A stretch of DNA of 20,000 nt from an uncultured virus (IMG/VR IMGVR_UViG_3300002307_000047) (IMGVR_UViG_3300002307_000047:51707-71706); one strand, 5' to 3'; shown: positions 1 to 7,691, counted from the stretch's first letter. The notes: generated by a model from the letters alone, not told the origin. Program-made: numbers and translations.

Positions 1-245
1 GTTGCGTTACCCCTGCTAAAGTCTTGGCAAGGTGAACCACCTATTAATAGGTCAATGCGAGGCAACTGGTGTGCTGTTATCTTTGTAACATCTCCCACCT
101 GAATCGTATGTGGGTAATTCTCCATTGTGGTGCTTATTGCGTGGGGTTTAATTTCCGATGCAAAATAATTATCGTATTTTATCCCACACCGATTTAAAGC
201 GATTTGCCCACAGCTCATTCCATCAAAAAGCGATAGTACATTCAT
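1..245 (-). CDS. DNA (cytosine-5) methyltransferase, N-terminal part (runs off the window)
   Basis: Manual translation from ATG at 245: MNVLSLFDGMSCGQIAL...YFASEIKPHAI...QVGDV...IDLLIGGSPCQDFS. Shows motif I (LSLFDG), motif II (ASEI) and catalytic motif IV (GSPCQ). Absent from the ORF track because it is truncated. Confidence 0.93.
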   Translation of the reverse strand, partial: MNVLSLFDGMSCGQIALNRCGIKYDNYFASEIKPHAISTTMENYPHTIQVGDVTKITAHQLPRIDLLIGGSPCQDFSRGNA

Positions 246-248
246 ATT

Positions 249-340
249 AAAAGAAATCCCCGTTCCTACTAAGTGCTATCAGACACCTTTCGAGAACGAG
301 GAATTTTAAGTTGAAATATTTTTGGATGCTGATAGACATC
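249..340 (-). promoter_or_regulatory. Structured 5' leader of the methyltransferase: two hairpins with complementary loops, the second resembling an intrinsic terminator
   Basis: GAUG-UCUAUCAG-CAUC, then UCCUCGUUCU..AGGUG-UCUGAUAG-CACUU..GGAACGGGGA followed by UUUCUUUU. The loops CUAUCAG and CUGAUAG are exact complements. Confidence 0.65.
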
Positions 341-344
341 GGAA

Positions 345-352
345 CAAATATA
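345..352 (-). promoter_or_regulatory. Bacteroidota-type -7 promoter element (TATATTTG) for the methyltransferase
   Basis: Matches TAnnTTTG just upstream of the structured leader. No canonical -33 TTTG at the expected spacing. Confidence 0.55.
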
Positions 353-375
353 GTTATTTTATCAGAAATTATGCC

Positions 376-383
376 TAAATTTG
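376..383 (+). promoter_or_regulatory. Bacteroidota-type -7 promoter element (TAAATTTG) for the lysis genes
   Basis: Matches TAnnTTTG, 16 nt before the ATG at 400. Confidence 0.45.
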
Positions 384-399
384 TCAAAACATAGAGCCG

Positions 400-741
400 A
401 TGGAATTGGTGTGGTTTATTAAACTTGGATTGACTTTTTTAGGAAGTTTAATAATAGGATTAGTAGCAATTTTTTTACCTGACTGGTCTAAGGACGAAAT
501 AAGCAGATATATACATGAGCATCTATACTATTTCACCTGCGGTTCGACCGTAACGGGAACAGTAATAGCATCAGGCACAGTCAATCCCGCGTTTGCCGGG
601 TGGTGGGATTTGATAGTACGGTTTGTGATATTGAGCAGTCAGGTAATGATAACTGTGACGATCACATTCTTTCTTACTAAATTGCTAAAGAAACTTTTCC
701 CTGATCCGATTATTATTGACAAATCAGTACCTAAAAAATAA
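400..741 (+). CDS. Holin-like membrane protein
   Basis: 113 aa with 2-3 hydrophobic segments and a basic C-terminus, directly upstream of the endolysin. Confidence 0.6.
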   Translation: MELVWFIKLGLTFLGSLIIGLVAIFLPDWSKDEISRYIHEHLYYFTCGSTVTGTVIASGTVNPAFAGWWDLIVRFVILSSQVMITVTITFFLTKLLKKLFPDPIIIDKSVPKK

Positions 742-743
742 AC

Positions 744-1274
744 ATGCTCACACCCGAACAAATAGAATCCATAGCACTATACGCAAGCAAGTCAAAGGTA
801 GAACTATATACACCGATGATTAACGCTACGATGGAGAGATACGAGATCAATACACCGCTTAGACAGGCACATTTTCTCGCACAGATAATCCACGAGTCGG
901 GATCATTCAACTACACCACAGAATTAGCGTCAGGCGAGGCATATGAGGGCAGAAAAGACCTTGGCAACACTCAGGCAGGGGACGGCGTTAAATTCAAGGG
1001 CAGGGGCTTTATTCAGCTTACAGGAAGGGCTAACTATGCGGCATACGGCAATGCAATAAATGAGGATTTGATTATTAACCCTGAGTATGTAGCAACTCAA
1101 TTCCCCGCTGATGTTTCGGGGTGGTTTTGGCATACACATTCGCTGAATGCCTTGGCTGATGCTGATAACGTTTTAGCGGTGACCAAAGTCATTAACGGCG
1201 GCACAAATGGACTGACCGAAAGAACTTACTATCTGAACAGAGCTAAGAATGTTTTAATAAATCAAACAGCATAA
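744..1274 (+). CDS. Endolysin, glycoside hydrolase family 19 (chitinase/lysozyme-like)
   Basis: Motifs FLAQIIHES, YEGRKDLGN, GDGVKFKGRGFIQLTGRANY and VTKVINGGTNGL are typical of GH19 phage lysins. Confidence 0.93.
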   Translation: MLTPEQIESIALYASKSKVELYTPMINATMERYEINTPLRQAHFLAQIIHESGSFNYTTELASGEAYEGRKDLGNTQAGDGVKFKGRGFIQLTGRANYAAYGNAINEDLIINPEYVATQFPADVSGWFWHTHSLNALADADNVLAVTKVINGGTNGLTERTYYLNRAKNVLINQTA

Positions 1275-1323
1275 AAAAGAACATCGGGATGAATCATTTT
1301 GAAGAATGGGAAGAATATAAGAA

Positions 1324-1719
1324 ATGGAAGGCACTGACGAAGTAAAGAAGCCTCGTAAGATGCGCCCACAGCTATATGCGGTCTACTATGATAGTCTGCA
1401 TAAGATAGCTAAAGAGATGGGCTACAATCTCCTGATACACGGCTCAATGAATCGNGATATGGACTTAGTGGCTGTGCCATGGGTNAATGAGCCAAAGTCA
1501 CATTTGGAGCTTTTAAATGCTTTGTCTGATTTCCTAGGTACTGTGAAGTNTGCGGAGAATCCTGAAAACTTNGGTCAATTCTATATGCACTCCAAACTAC
1601 CCGGAGGTAGAGATTCATATGTAATCAATTTGAATAGAGGTAGGCATCACAATGGGTATTTCATGGAGGATGAAGACGCGCAATATTACATTGACATATC
1701 AATAACTCCACTAGCATGA
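1324..1719 (+). CDS. Hypothetical phage protein with a minimal nucleotidyltransferase-like motif
   Basis: LLIHGSMNxDMDLVAVPW plus a distal YIDIS resembles the pol-beta superfamily hG(S)-x-DhD...D signature. Confidence 0.55.
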   Translation: MEGTDEVKKPRKMRPQLYAVYYDSLHKIAKEMGYNLLIHGSMNXDMDLVAVPWXNEPKSHLELLNALSDFLGTVKXAENPENXGQFYMHSKLPGGRDSYVINLNRGRHHNGYFMEDEDAQYYIDISITPLA

Positions 1720-1883
1720 CCCCGATCCCCTACCCAACATCAATGAGCACACCGCTACTGCAAGTCTGCGGGATACTTCTGTTCGCTGTGGCAATTGCAG
1801 GTAGCTATGTTTTTGCCTGCTACATCATTGAGTCTGTGAGCAAGCATGATTTGACTGATAAAAATAAGACAGATGAAGCGTAA
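1716..1883 (+). CDS. Small single-pass membrane protein (55 aa)
   Basis: Manual translation MTPIPYPTSMSTPLLQVCGILLFAVAIAGSYVFACYIIESVSKHDLTDKNKTDEA. ATGA overlap with the upstream stop. Confidence 0.55.
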   Translation: MTPIPYPTSMSTPLLQVCGILLFAVAIAGSYVFACYIIESVSKHDLTDKNKTDEA

Positions 1884-1971
1884 AACTGCTTTGTGGTTTC
1901 TATTGGCGGTAACGGTAGTATTCCTATTCGCAACGATAGTGTTGCCGATTATATCAATGATAAAAATTTAA
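1873..1971 (+). CDS. Small membrane peptide (32 aa)
   Basis: MKRKTALWFLLAVTVVFLFATIVLPIISMIKI: basic N-terminus plus one TM segment; stop abuts the next ATG. Confidence 0.5.
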   Translation: MKRKTALWFLLAVTVVFLFATIVLPIISMIKI

Positions 1972-2334
1972 ATGGCAGACGCAATCCCTACCGATCCAAT
2001 CAGCGCAGACATATCGGCGGTAACTGCTGCGTGGGATGCTACCTTGGCGTTCATTTCCGGTGTAATGCCACCTACTCAATCAAGAATAGACAGACTAAAG
2101 ATTACCCACCTCGCACTATATCAGCGCGTCCGTCTGAGGATGGAAAATAAACTGTACAATGCCATATGCAAAGAAACTAAGCCGCCAGTAACGTCAGGGT
2201 ACATTGTGAGCTACGTTCTTTATGCAGACAATGATTTAGTCGGTTCGGAACAGGACGCGCTCATAAGGGTTCTTTTCGCTCGTTTTGGCCTTGATGAGAG
2301 CTGGCCTCCACTTTCGGTAATCACACCGAAATAA
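1972..2334 (+). CDS. Hypothetical protein
   Basis: 120 aa ORF, tightly packed in the plus-strand operon. Confidence 0.7.
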   Translation: MADAIPTDPISADISAVTAAWDATLAFISGVMPPTQSRIDRLKITHLALYQRVRLRMENKLYNAICKETKPPVTSGYIVSYVLYADNDLVGSEQDALIRVLFARFGLDESWPPLSVITPK

Positions 2335-2336
2335 CT

Positions 2337-2344
2337 TATCTTTG
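2337..2344 (+). promoter_or_regulatory. Bacteroidota-type -7 promoter element (TATCTTTG)
   Basis: Matches TAnnTTTG in the intergenic gap, followed by an A-rich leader and ATG 2377. Confidence 0.5.
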
Positions 2345-2376
2345 AAATTCTTAATTAACAATAAAATCAAAACAGT

Positions 2377-2754
2377 ATGAATCAATTCGTTTCAAACATC
2401 GTATCAGCGGGAACAGGCGCAATCACAGAAGGTCTTGCCCTTGATCCTAACATCAAGCAGGAGGACTTTAACGCGGCAATCGACCTCGGCATCGCTCAAC
2501 TCCAAGCCGCAAAGGATCAATTCGGCTCAACATCAACAGACAGCGAGGTAGTGAAGATCGAAAAGCTCGTAGGATACGGCCTGACAGGCGCGCAGAACGC
2601 ATGTGATGCGGCTGGTCTGACTAAGTACGACAACATCTTCGCTGTGGCTGAAAAGATAGATTTGGAGCTTGAAACGGGATCATTCAACTTCATCACAGCC
2701 ATAAAGAACTGGATCGAAGCTAAGAAGGCTGCAAAAGAAGCGACTGCGGCTTAA
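2377..2754 (+). CDS. Hypothetical Ala-rich helical protein
   Basis: 125 aa ORF with an A-rich leader and a downstream terminator. Confidence 0.75.
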   Translation: MNQFVSNIVSAGTGAITEGLALDPNIKQEDFNAAIDLGIAQLQAAKDQFGSTSTDSEVVKIEKLVGYGLTGAQNACDAAGLTKYDNIFAVAEKIDLELETGSFNFITAIKNWIEAKKAAKEATAA

Positions 2755-2772
2755 TCAACTTTTATGTGTGAG

Positions 2773-2800
2773 GCTCTGTCGGGAATGGCAGAGCTTTTTT
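2773..2800 (+). terminator. Rho-independent terminator
   Basis: GCTCTGTC-GGGAAT-GGCAGAGC followed by TTTTTT, at the junction of convergent operons. Confidence 0.8.
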
Positions 2801-3053
2801 ATTTCTTTAAGTCTCGTATCCAATCCTCAAATGAATCAATTCCCCTAGTGGTGTACATGGCTATTGCACAGTTTCCAAACTGCTCAACAAGCCCATCTTC
2901 ATCTATTTTACTGTCAGGCACATGTTCTAAATACTCTTTTTTGAATCTAGCAAACGTGTAGCCTGAATCATGCAGATTTTTACGCATCTTATTCATCAGC
3001 GCATGAGCCTCATCTTGCTCATCTTCGTCAAACCAGTCTTCTACGAATCCCAT
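2799..3053 (-). CDS. Hypothetical acidic protein
   Basis: 84 aa ORF, last gene of the leftward operon. Confidence 0.7.
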   Translation of the reverse strand: MGFVEDWFDEDEQDEAHALMNKMRKNLHDSGYTFARFKKEYLEHVPDSKIDEDGLVEQFGNCAIAMYTTRGIDSFEDWIRDLKK

Positions 3054-3064
3054 TGTTTATGATT

Positions 3065-3442
3065 TTATTTGAGCTCTATTATTTCAAAAATCTGTTCATC
3101 TAATATCCCCGTTCCGTCAGGGTGGGGGTCATGCACCATTTTGCCATTTAAATAAATAACCACATGATTAACGCTTGGGAACCGTGGCGATGCGCCACCA
3201 ACTAATATATATTTGTCAGCCACATTGTCGCCATCATTTAATGTTCTCCATATATACCCGCGTTCACCTAGCCAAGAATTAAGTATGGTATCCCAATTTT
3301 CATCATCGTAATATTCTTGTATTTGAATTACATCCTCTACCTCCATTTCTAGTATGGACGCAATACATGCAGGGAAACAATTCCCCCTAGCAGATACAGG
3401 ACTCATCCCGCTATGTAGGCGTGTTTGTTTTTGTGGTTTCAT
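3065..3442 (-). CDS. Putative papain-like (C39-like) Cys-His-Asp protein
   Basis: Likely start MKPQKQ at 3442, which avoids overlap with the upstream gene. Motifs GNCFPACIASIL, HVVIY and VHDPHP suggest a Cys-His-Asp triad. Confidence 0.55.
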   Translation of the reverse strand: MKPQKQTRLHSGMSPVSARGNCFPACIASILEMEVEDVIQIQEYYDDENWDTILNSWLGERGYIWRTLNDGDNVADKYILVGGASPRFPSVNHVVIYLNGKMVHDPHPDGTGILDEQIFEIIELK

Positions 3443-3495
3443 TTGATTTATTTGCCCCTGCCGGGGAAACGATCCCCAGCGAGTACCATACAGGG

Positions 3496-3747
3496 TTATT
3501 TCCAAGTAAGAGCCTTTACTGCCCACATCTGTGCGCCCTGAAGCTCGGTAATTGCAACAGATGCCAGTCTTTTTACCTCTGGGTCTGTGCTGCTGTTTCG
3601 CAGATCATTCATTTGGTCGATAGCATCCGCGAGGGTCTGCTTTGCCTTGTGAATAGCATCTTCGCCACTTGGGTTGAAATTGATGCCTACCGCCTTTTGA
3701 CCGAAAGTTGGATCTTTGTCGCTTGGTGCTAATTTTGCCTCATCCAT
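3496..3747 (-). CDS. Acb2/Tad1-like helical hairpin protein (candidate immune-signal sponge)
   Basis: 83 aa: TFGQKAVGINFNPSG, then two helices ending KRLASVAITELQGAQMWAVKA, recalling the C-terminal hairpin of Tad1 and Acb2. Confidence 0.6.
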   Translation of the reverse strand: MDEAKLAPSDKDPTFGQKAVGINFNPSGEDAIHKAKQTLADAIDQMNDLRNSSTDPEVKRLASVAITELQGAQMWAVKALTWK

Positions 3748-3788
3748 TTTTATAGTCGGTTTAACTCAGAGCCGATGTGATTAAAAGT

Positions 3789-3932
3789 TTATTGAAGTAG
3801 TAATATCAGATCGTAAACAATCACCAACGTAGCCCCGACATGCCACAGCAAGAACAGCAGCCAAATGTACCAGTCGCCAAGGTCGATGTCGTGGTAGCCG
3901 ATGTAGATTAGGCCGATTAGGGGGAGCATCAT
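3789..3932 (-). CDS. Small hydrophobic membrane protein (47 aa)
   Basis: Manual translation MMLPLIGLIYIGYHDIDLGDWYIWLLFLLWHVGATLVIVYDLILLLQ. ATGA overlap with the upstream gene. Confidence 0.55.
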   Translation of the reverse strand: MMLPLIGLIYIGYHDIDLGDWYIWLLFLLWHVGATLVIVYDLILLLQ

Positions 3933-4237
3933 TTTGATTTATATTTTGGATTCTTGTGAAAATAATGCTGATCGTCTGCCCAACTATCTACGGAATTAAA
4001 TTCATTTGCATTATAAACACCATAGTTATTGCCATGTGGCATATCACTAGGAGTATCGTTATATGCTGATATTTTGGCTTTGTCATACGCGCCTATTGTC
4101 CCATAGTTATTATAGAACTCAATGTTTAGGCTCTCGCATAGTTTGTATGCTTTTACCAATTTATTGAATGCCTTTTGTTGTTTGGGATTCAAATCTAAAA
4201 GGTCTTGCAATTCGTCTTTTCCTTCCGTATTATTCAT
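3929..4237 (-). CDS. Hypothetical protein
   Basis: 102 aa ORF with ATGA coupling at both ends. Confidence 0.7.
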   Translation of the reverse strand: MNNTEGKDELQDLLDLNPKQQKAFNKLVKAYKLCESLNIEFYNNYGTIGAYDKAKISAYNDTPSDMPHGNNYGVYNANEFNSVDSWADDQHYFHKNPKYKSK

Positions 4238-4368
4238 ATAAATGGGTTAATTATTGATTCAGGAATAGCCTCCAACGCCACCATAGCGATCTCATACAGT
4301 TCATCGCGTAGCTTGTCTGTGGGGTGGAGCTTGTACTCGGAATAAAGGGTTTTGAATTGGTCGGTCAT
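4234..4368 (-). CDS. Small hypothetical protein (44 aa)
   Basis: MTDQFKTLYSEYKLHPTDKLRDELYEIAMVALEAIPESIINPFI, with ATGA overlaps at both ends. Confidence 0.55.
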   Translation of the reverse strand: MTDQFKTLYSEYKLHPTDKLRDELYEIAMVALEAIPESIINPFI

Positions 4369-4505
4369 ATAGCATTCAGTTTTATCCTGCATAATCTGTT
4401 ATAGGCCAAAGATAGCTTGCCCGATGGAGTTTTGTTATAATTAGAAATGCCCTTGGCGCGGTAATGGCGCAGTATCACTTTTATATCTCTTGATTTTTTG
4501 GTCAT
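4365..4505 (-). CDS. Small basic hypothetical protein (46 aa)
   Basis: MTKKSRDIKVILRHYRAKGISNYNKTPSGKLSLAYNRLCRIKLNAI, with ATGA overlaps at both ends. Confidence 0.5.
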   Translation of the reverse strand: MTKKSRDIKVILRHYRAKGISNYNKTPSGKLSLAYNRLCRIKLNAI

Positions 4506-4816
4506 GGCTTGTAATTTTCGATGCTCTTAATGTTCCCAAGGTGAATGATGATGTCGCCCTTAGCAATGGCTACGCACAAGGTATTTGAGTATGATTTTGA
4601 AAAATCTGATTCGCTCACCTCATGGCGCAAATATACGCATGTGAATCTCGGTCTGCTAGCTCCGTACCCGTTGGTAAATTCAATCATGTCGCCATAGTTT
4701 ATGCCTTTAAGCCTAGATTTAATCCACTCAGATGGGGTTCTATACTCTTGGCATTTCTCGCCTGTCACCATTACCTCAAATGCTTTCTTGTGCAGTGTTA
4801 ACTTTAGTACTTTCAT
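4502..4816 (-). CDS. ASCH/PUA-like domain protein
   Basis: LKLTLHKKAFEVMVTGEKCQEYR (GxKxxExR motif), followed by GDMIEFTNGY. Confidence 0.8.
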   Translation of the reverse strand: MKVLKLTLHKKAFEVMVTGEKCQEYRTPSEWIKSRLKGINYGDMIEFTNGYGASRPRFTCVYLRHEVSESDFSKSYSNTLCVAIAKGDIIIHLGNIKSIENYKP

Positions 4817-5046
4817 GGCTTCTTATTTTTGTCGTAGTGAATCGGGTTTGAGCAGTTACCTTTGTGAGTAAGTGTTACACCTTGCGGTGTATGCAATTCT
4901 AAATATTCACAACTATCAATTGTTAACAATAATATGTTGTTTGCAATTGCCTTGGTTTCTATGCTTTTGTCATAATTGTTTTGCAATTGTTCACCGCACC
5001 CCGCGATCATTACCGCAGCGATGGCGATTTGGAGGAGTTTTTTCAT
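4813..5046 (-). CDS. Small lipoprotein
   Basis: MKK-hydrophobic-IAG^C lipobox; C-terminal IDSCEY...LTHKGNCSNPIH. Confidence 0.7.
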   Translation of the reverse strand: MKKLLQIAIAAVMIAGCGEQLQNNYDKSIETKAIANNILLLTIDSCEYLELHTPQGVTLTHKGNCSNPIHYDKNKKP

Positions 5047-5056
5047 GGCTTGATTT

Positions 5057-5431
5057 TTACTGAGTGATTGAATAATGCTCTAGGATGAACTGGCAGATGG
5101 CGAGGCAGTTGGGTACTTCCATCCAAGGCCAGTCTATCATGCCGTTGTAATAAATAAATAATGACATATTCTCATTCATTTCTATCTCTGTATATTCATC
5201 ATTGGCATCTGCGGCATAAAATTCACAATCCATCAGCCTGCATATCTCCTTACAGTGCTCCTCGTTCTCCGCTAGTTCTCGCAGAGGCGGCTTGGGTGTA
5301 GGTAGATACTTATCCGTAAATGCGCTGAATAGTATATCCGCAGCCTCATCTCCAAATTGTTTTCCAAGTGAATTTCGTAAATCGACTAGATGTGCTTTCA
5401 TATCGAAAAGGACAATTTCTTTCTCTTTCAT
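5057..5431 (-). CDS. Hypothetical protein
   Basis: 124 aa ORF within the operon. Confidence 0.7.
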   Translation of the reverse strand: MKEKEIVLFDMKAHLVDLRNSLGKQFGDEAADILFSAFTDKYLPTPKPPLRELAENEEHCKEICRLMDCEFYAADANDEYTEIEMNENMSLFIYYNGMIDWPWMEVPNCLAICQFILEHYSITQ

Positions 5432-5437
5432 TGATTT

Positions 5438-6190
5438 TTATTTTTGAGGGTTAATAGTTGCTGCGGGGAGAGGTGACAATTCCTGCCAATGGGTTACGTT
5501 ATAAACAGGATAATAATACCCAAGATCATCATGTTCATGCTGCTCATAATACCACCCNTCNTGTAGATACAGTGCGCCGACCTCAAGATCATTGAAAACA
5601 TAACTTGGCAAATCATCATCCTGATCTTCAAATTCTATTGCNACAGACTTATGNGGGCACCAAAAGCCTTTAAAATCTTTTTTACCATCAGTAAANCGAA
5701 CATTTTTTCCTGCTTTTGGCATTTTAACTACTATCTCTACCCATTCCTTCTCGCTGCTCTGCTCTCCCTTGTCCTTTAACCTATTGTGCAGGTAATCGGT
5801 CATTTCACGGAGCATTTCTCCGGTCATTTCAATTCCTAATGAGAAACACATATCATGGACATCTGCAAAGCTTATTTCCTTTTCGCCTCCGTTGTCCTTT
5901 GAGCCTGCGAGGTAGGAGCCTTTTGCTAAAGCATGTATGTACCCACTATGAGATTGACCCATTGGATGTTTTTCCGTGGCAGCTTTCGCATACGCCTCCG
6001 CTCTTTCCTGCAAGGTCTTATCTGAGGCAGCGGATAGGTCTGTAGCTACTGACGGATGATCTGTGCGGTATATGTCAAATAGCTGCGCGTCTGTGTATGA
6101 AGTCTCAGGCTGATCTATATTATTCAACCTGTACTCGTTTTCTTCTTTCCATTTTAGGAATGATAGAACTACTTCTTTTTCGTATTTCAT
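5438..6190 (-). CDS. Mosaic phage protein with a C-terminal DUF551-like domain
   Basis: EWVEIVVKMP...VTHWQELSPLP bracket is typical of DUF551/Ea22-like modules. Confidence 0.65.
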   Translation of the reverse strand: MKYEKEVVLSFLKWKEENEYRLNNIDQPETSYTDAQLFDIYRTDHPSVATDLSAASDKTLQERAEAYAKAATEKHPMGQSHSGYIHALAKGSYLAGSKDNGGEKEISFADVHDMCFSLGIEMTGEMLREMTDYLHNRLKDKGEQSSEKEWVEIVVKMPKAGKNVXFTDGKKDFKGFWCXHKSXAIEFEDQDDDLPSYVFNDLEVGALYLXXGWYYEQHEHDDLGYYYPVYNVTHWQELSPLPAATINPQK

Positions 6191-6227
6191 TGTTTGGTGT
6201 TGTTGGTTAGGAAGTCGAGTTGAGTGG

Positions 6228-6725
6228 TTATCCTTTTCTTGGGTTTGTATAATTAAGGCCAGACACGCGATTATCTATATCGCTTTGGGTCGGTTGATAT
6301 GGTATTATTCGCATTATTTCAAGCCTGTGTGCCACCTTATCCCAATCTACAAATGGTTGTTCGCTTATTTCGGGGTCGTACTTCCGGGGGCAGCCGAGCG
6401 CGGCATCATCAATATAAAGTTGCGCATAGCACTTAGGCGATGTAGTCCAATTGTGTTGGGTCGGATTTTTCTGAATGCCATGCAACGGAATGTCATTATC
6501 TGCGAACCATTGTACCGCATCGCTTAGGAATGCGCCTGTGACATCTGCTATCAGTTCGTGACCAGTTTCGCCCGACTCGGCTCTGTCTGACCTCATGGTG
6601 AAAAGTATGAGATTGTGACCGGCAGCCACAAGCCTTTTTAATACCGGCACTGCGCCAATATCCTTACCTATTTTGGGAAATTCGTGTGTAGTACACGTTC
6701 CGTCAAAGTCAATTGCTATTTCCAT
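6228..6725 (-). CDS. HAD-superfamily hydrolase/phosphatase
   Basis: IAIDFDGT (motif I), LILFTMR (motif II), PKCYAQLYIDD (motifs III/IV). Confidence 0.88.
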   Translation of the reverse strand: MEIAIDFDGTCTTHEFPKIGKDIGAVPVLKRLVAAGHNLILFTMRSDRAESGETGHELIADVTGAFLSDAVQWFADNDIPLHGIQKNPTQHNWTTSPKCYAQLYIDDAALGCPRKYDPEISEQPFVDWDKVAHRLEIMRIIPYQPTQSDIDNRVSGLNYTNPRKG

Positions 6726-6732
6726 CTTGTTT

Positions 6733-7110
6733 TTATTTTAAATTATCAATCTGATTCCTAAGGTAGTCGAGTGCTGCTGTGAGGCCAGCGGAGTAGGCGG
6801 CGATGCGGGATTTAGGAAGATCACTCCAATCTACCTCTGCTACCGTACCCTCATCGCTATACACGTGCCAATACCACGACTTTTTGCCTACGGTTATTCT
6901 CGGCTCAATCCATATGCCCTTACTATCCATCCATTCTACGGCCTCATAGATACTCGGAGCAGAAACGGTGTCAACCCTGTCCCTATTCTGAATTTCATTG
7001 TCGGTGTTATCAATGGGTAATCCGGCGCCTATCTGATGATAGTTCAATGTTGCTTTATTGTAGCCGCATTCTTTCAGCTTTATAGCCTGATCTTTCGTCG
7101 TGTATGTCAT
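6733..7110 (-). CDS. Hypothetical phage protein
   Basis: 125 aa ORF (AIKLKECGY...SAPSIYEAVEW). Confidence 0.7.
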   Translation of the reverse strand: MTYTTKDQAIKLKECGYNKATLNYHQIGAGLPIDNTDNEIQNRDRVDTVSAPSIYEAVEWMDSKGIWIEPRITVGKKSWYWHVYSDEGTVAEVDWSDLPKSRIAAYSAGLTAALDYLRNQIDNLK

Positions 7111-7286
7111 GGTTTGGTTATTTTTGATTTGCAGTCAGGACAATAGGTGTGATCTCCTATAAGCCCCCACCCTAAACTCTTAAAATACTTGACTGGCTTT
7201 TTTGTTTCACAATCCTCATCTCTATGACCACATTTGCGACATAGCAAGGAATATGTTATGATTATTTTCTGACCGAGTGTTGCCAT
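7107..7286 (-). CDS. Small zinc-finger protein (59 aa)
   Basis: Manual translation with CRKC...GW...YCPDC. ATGA overlap with the downstream gene. Confidence 0.65.
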   Translation of the reverse strand: MATLGQKIIITYSLLCRKCGHRDEDCETKKPVKYFKSLGWGLIGDHTYCPDCKSKITKP

Positions 7287-7291
7287 ACTTC

Positions 7292-7432
7292 TTACTTTTT
7301 AACTACTACAAATTTTACCCCGTCAATAATTTCACACTTGAGTTTACCAGTTGAAATCAATGTATAAACCCACGTAGTGCTTATCTTATTTGCATCAGCA
7401 TAATTCTTTACTGTTTGTAGTTTTTGTTTCAT
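7292..7432 (-). CDS. Small winged-HTH DNA-binding protein (Xis/AlpA-like, 46 aa)
   Basis: MKQKLQTVKNYADANKISTTWVYTLISTGKLKCEIIDGVKFVVVKK; first gene after a consensus promoter. Confidence 0.7.
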   Translation of the reverse strand: MKQKLQTVKNYADANKISTTWVYTLISTGKLKCEIIDGVKFVVVKK

Positions 7433-7436
7433 GTTT

Positions 7437-7467
7437 CAAAGTTATAAGTTATTTCGATACCACCAAA
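7437..7467 (-). promoter_or_regulatory. Bacteroidota sigma-A-type promoter
   Basis: TTTG (7467-7464), 19 nt spacer, TAACTTTG (7444-7437). Confidence 0.8.
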
Positions 7468-7469
7468 TT

Positions 7470-7691
7470 TTATTTCTCAATGTCCTCAAATAAAACCTTG
7501 AGCGCACTACTGTAGTCCTTGGATGTTGCGCCGTACTTAATAATAGCGGCATCTGATAGCTTCCTTGCTAAGTCAGTTGTTAGTGCATCCATTTCGTTTA
7601 GGAATGTGTTTACTGAGCAATCCCCATCTGCGTTAAGCTGAGTTGTTACCTTGCCCGTGTCGTCTTTTTCTACTGTAATTATGATTTTCAT
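7470..7691 (-). CDS. Hypothetical protein
   Basis: 73 aa ORF with an A-rich leader. Confidence 0.65.
   Translation of the reverse strand: MKIIITVEKDDTGKVTTQLNADGDCSVNTFLNEMDALTTDLARKLSDAAIIKYGATSKDYSSALKVLFEDIEK

Noticed and set aside
249..340. SAM riboswitch upstream of the methyltransferase
   Set aside because: Lacks the conserved cores of SAM-I, SAM-II or SAM-V as far as I can see; kept only as an unclassified structured leader.
1455..5696. Diversity-generating retroelement target regions suggested by clustered Ns
   Set aside because: No reverse transcriptase or template repeat in the window, and the Ns are mostly third-position rather than in the first two positions of AAY codons.
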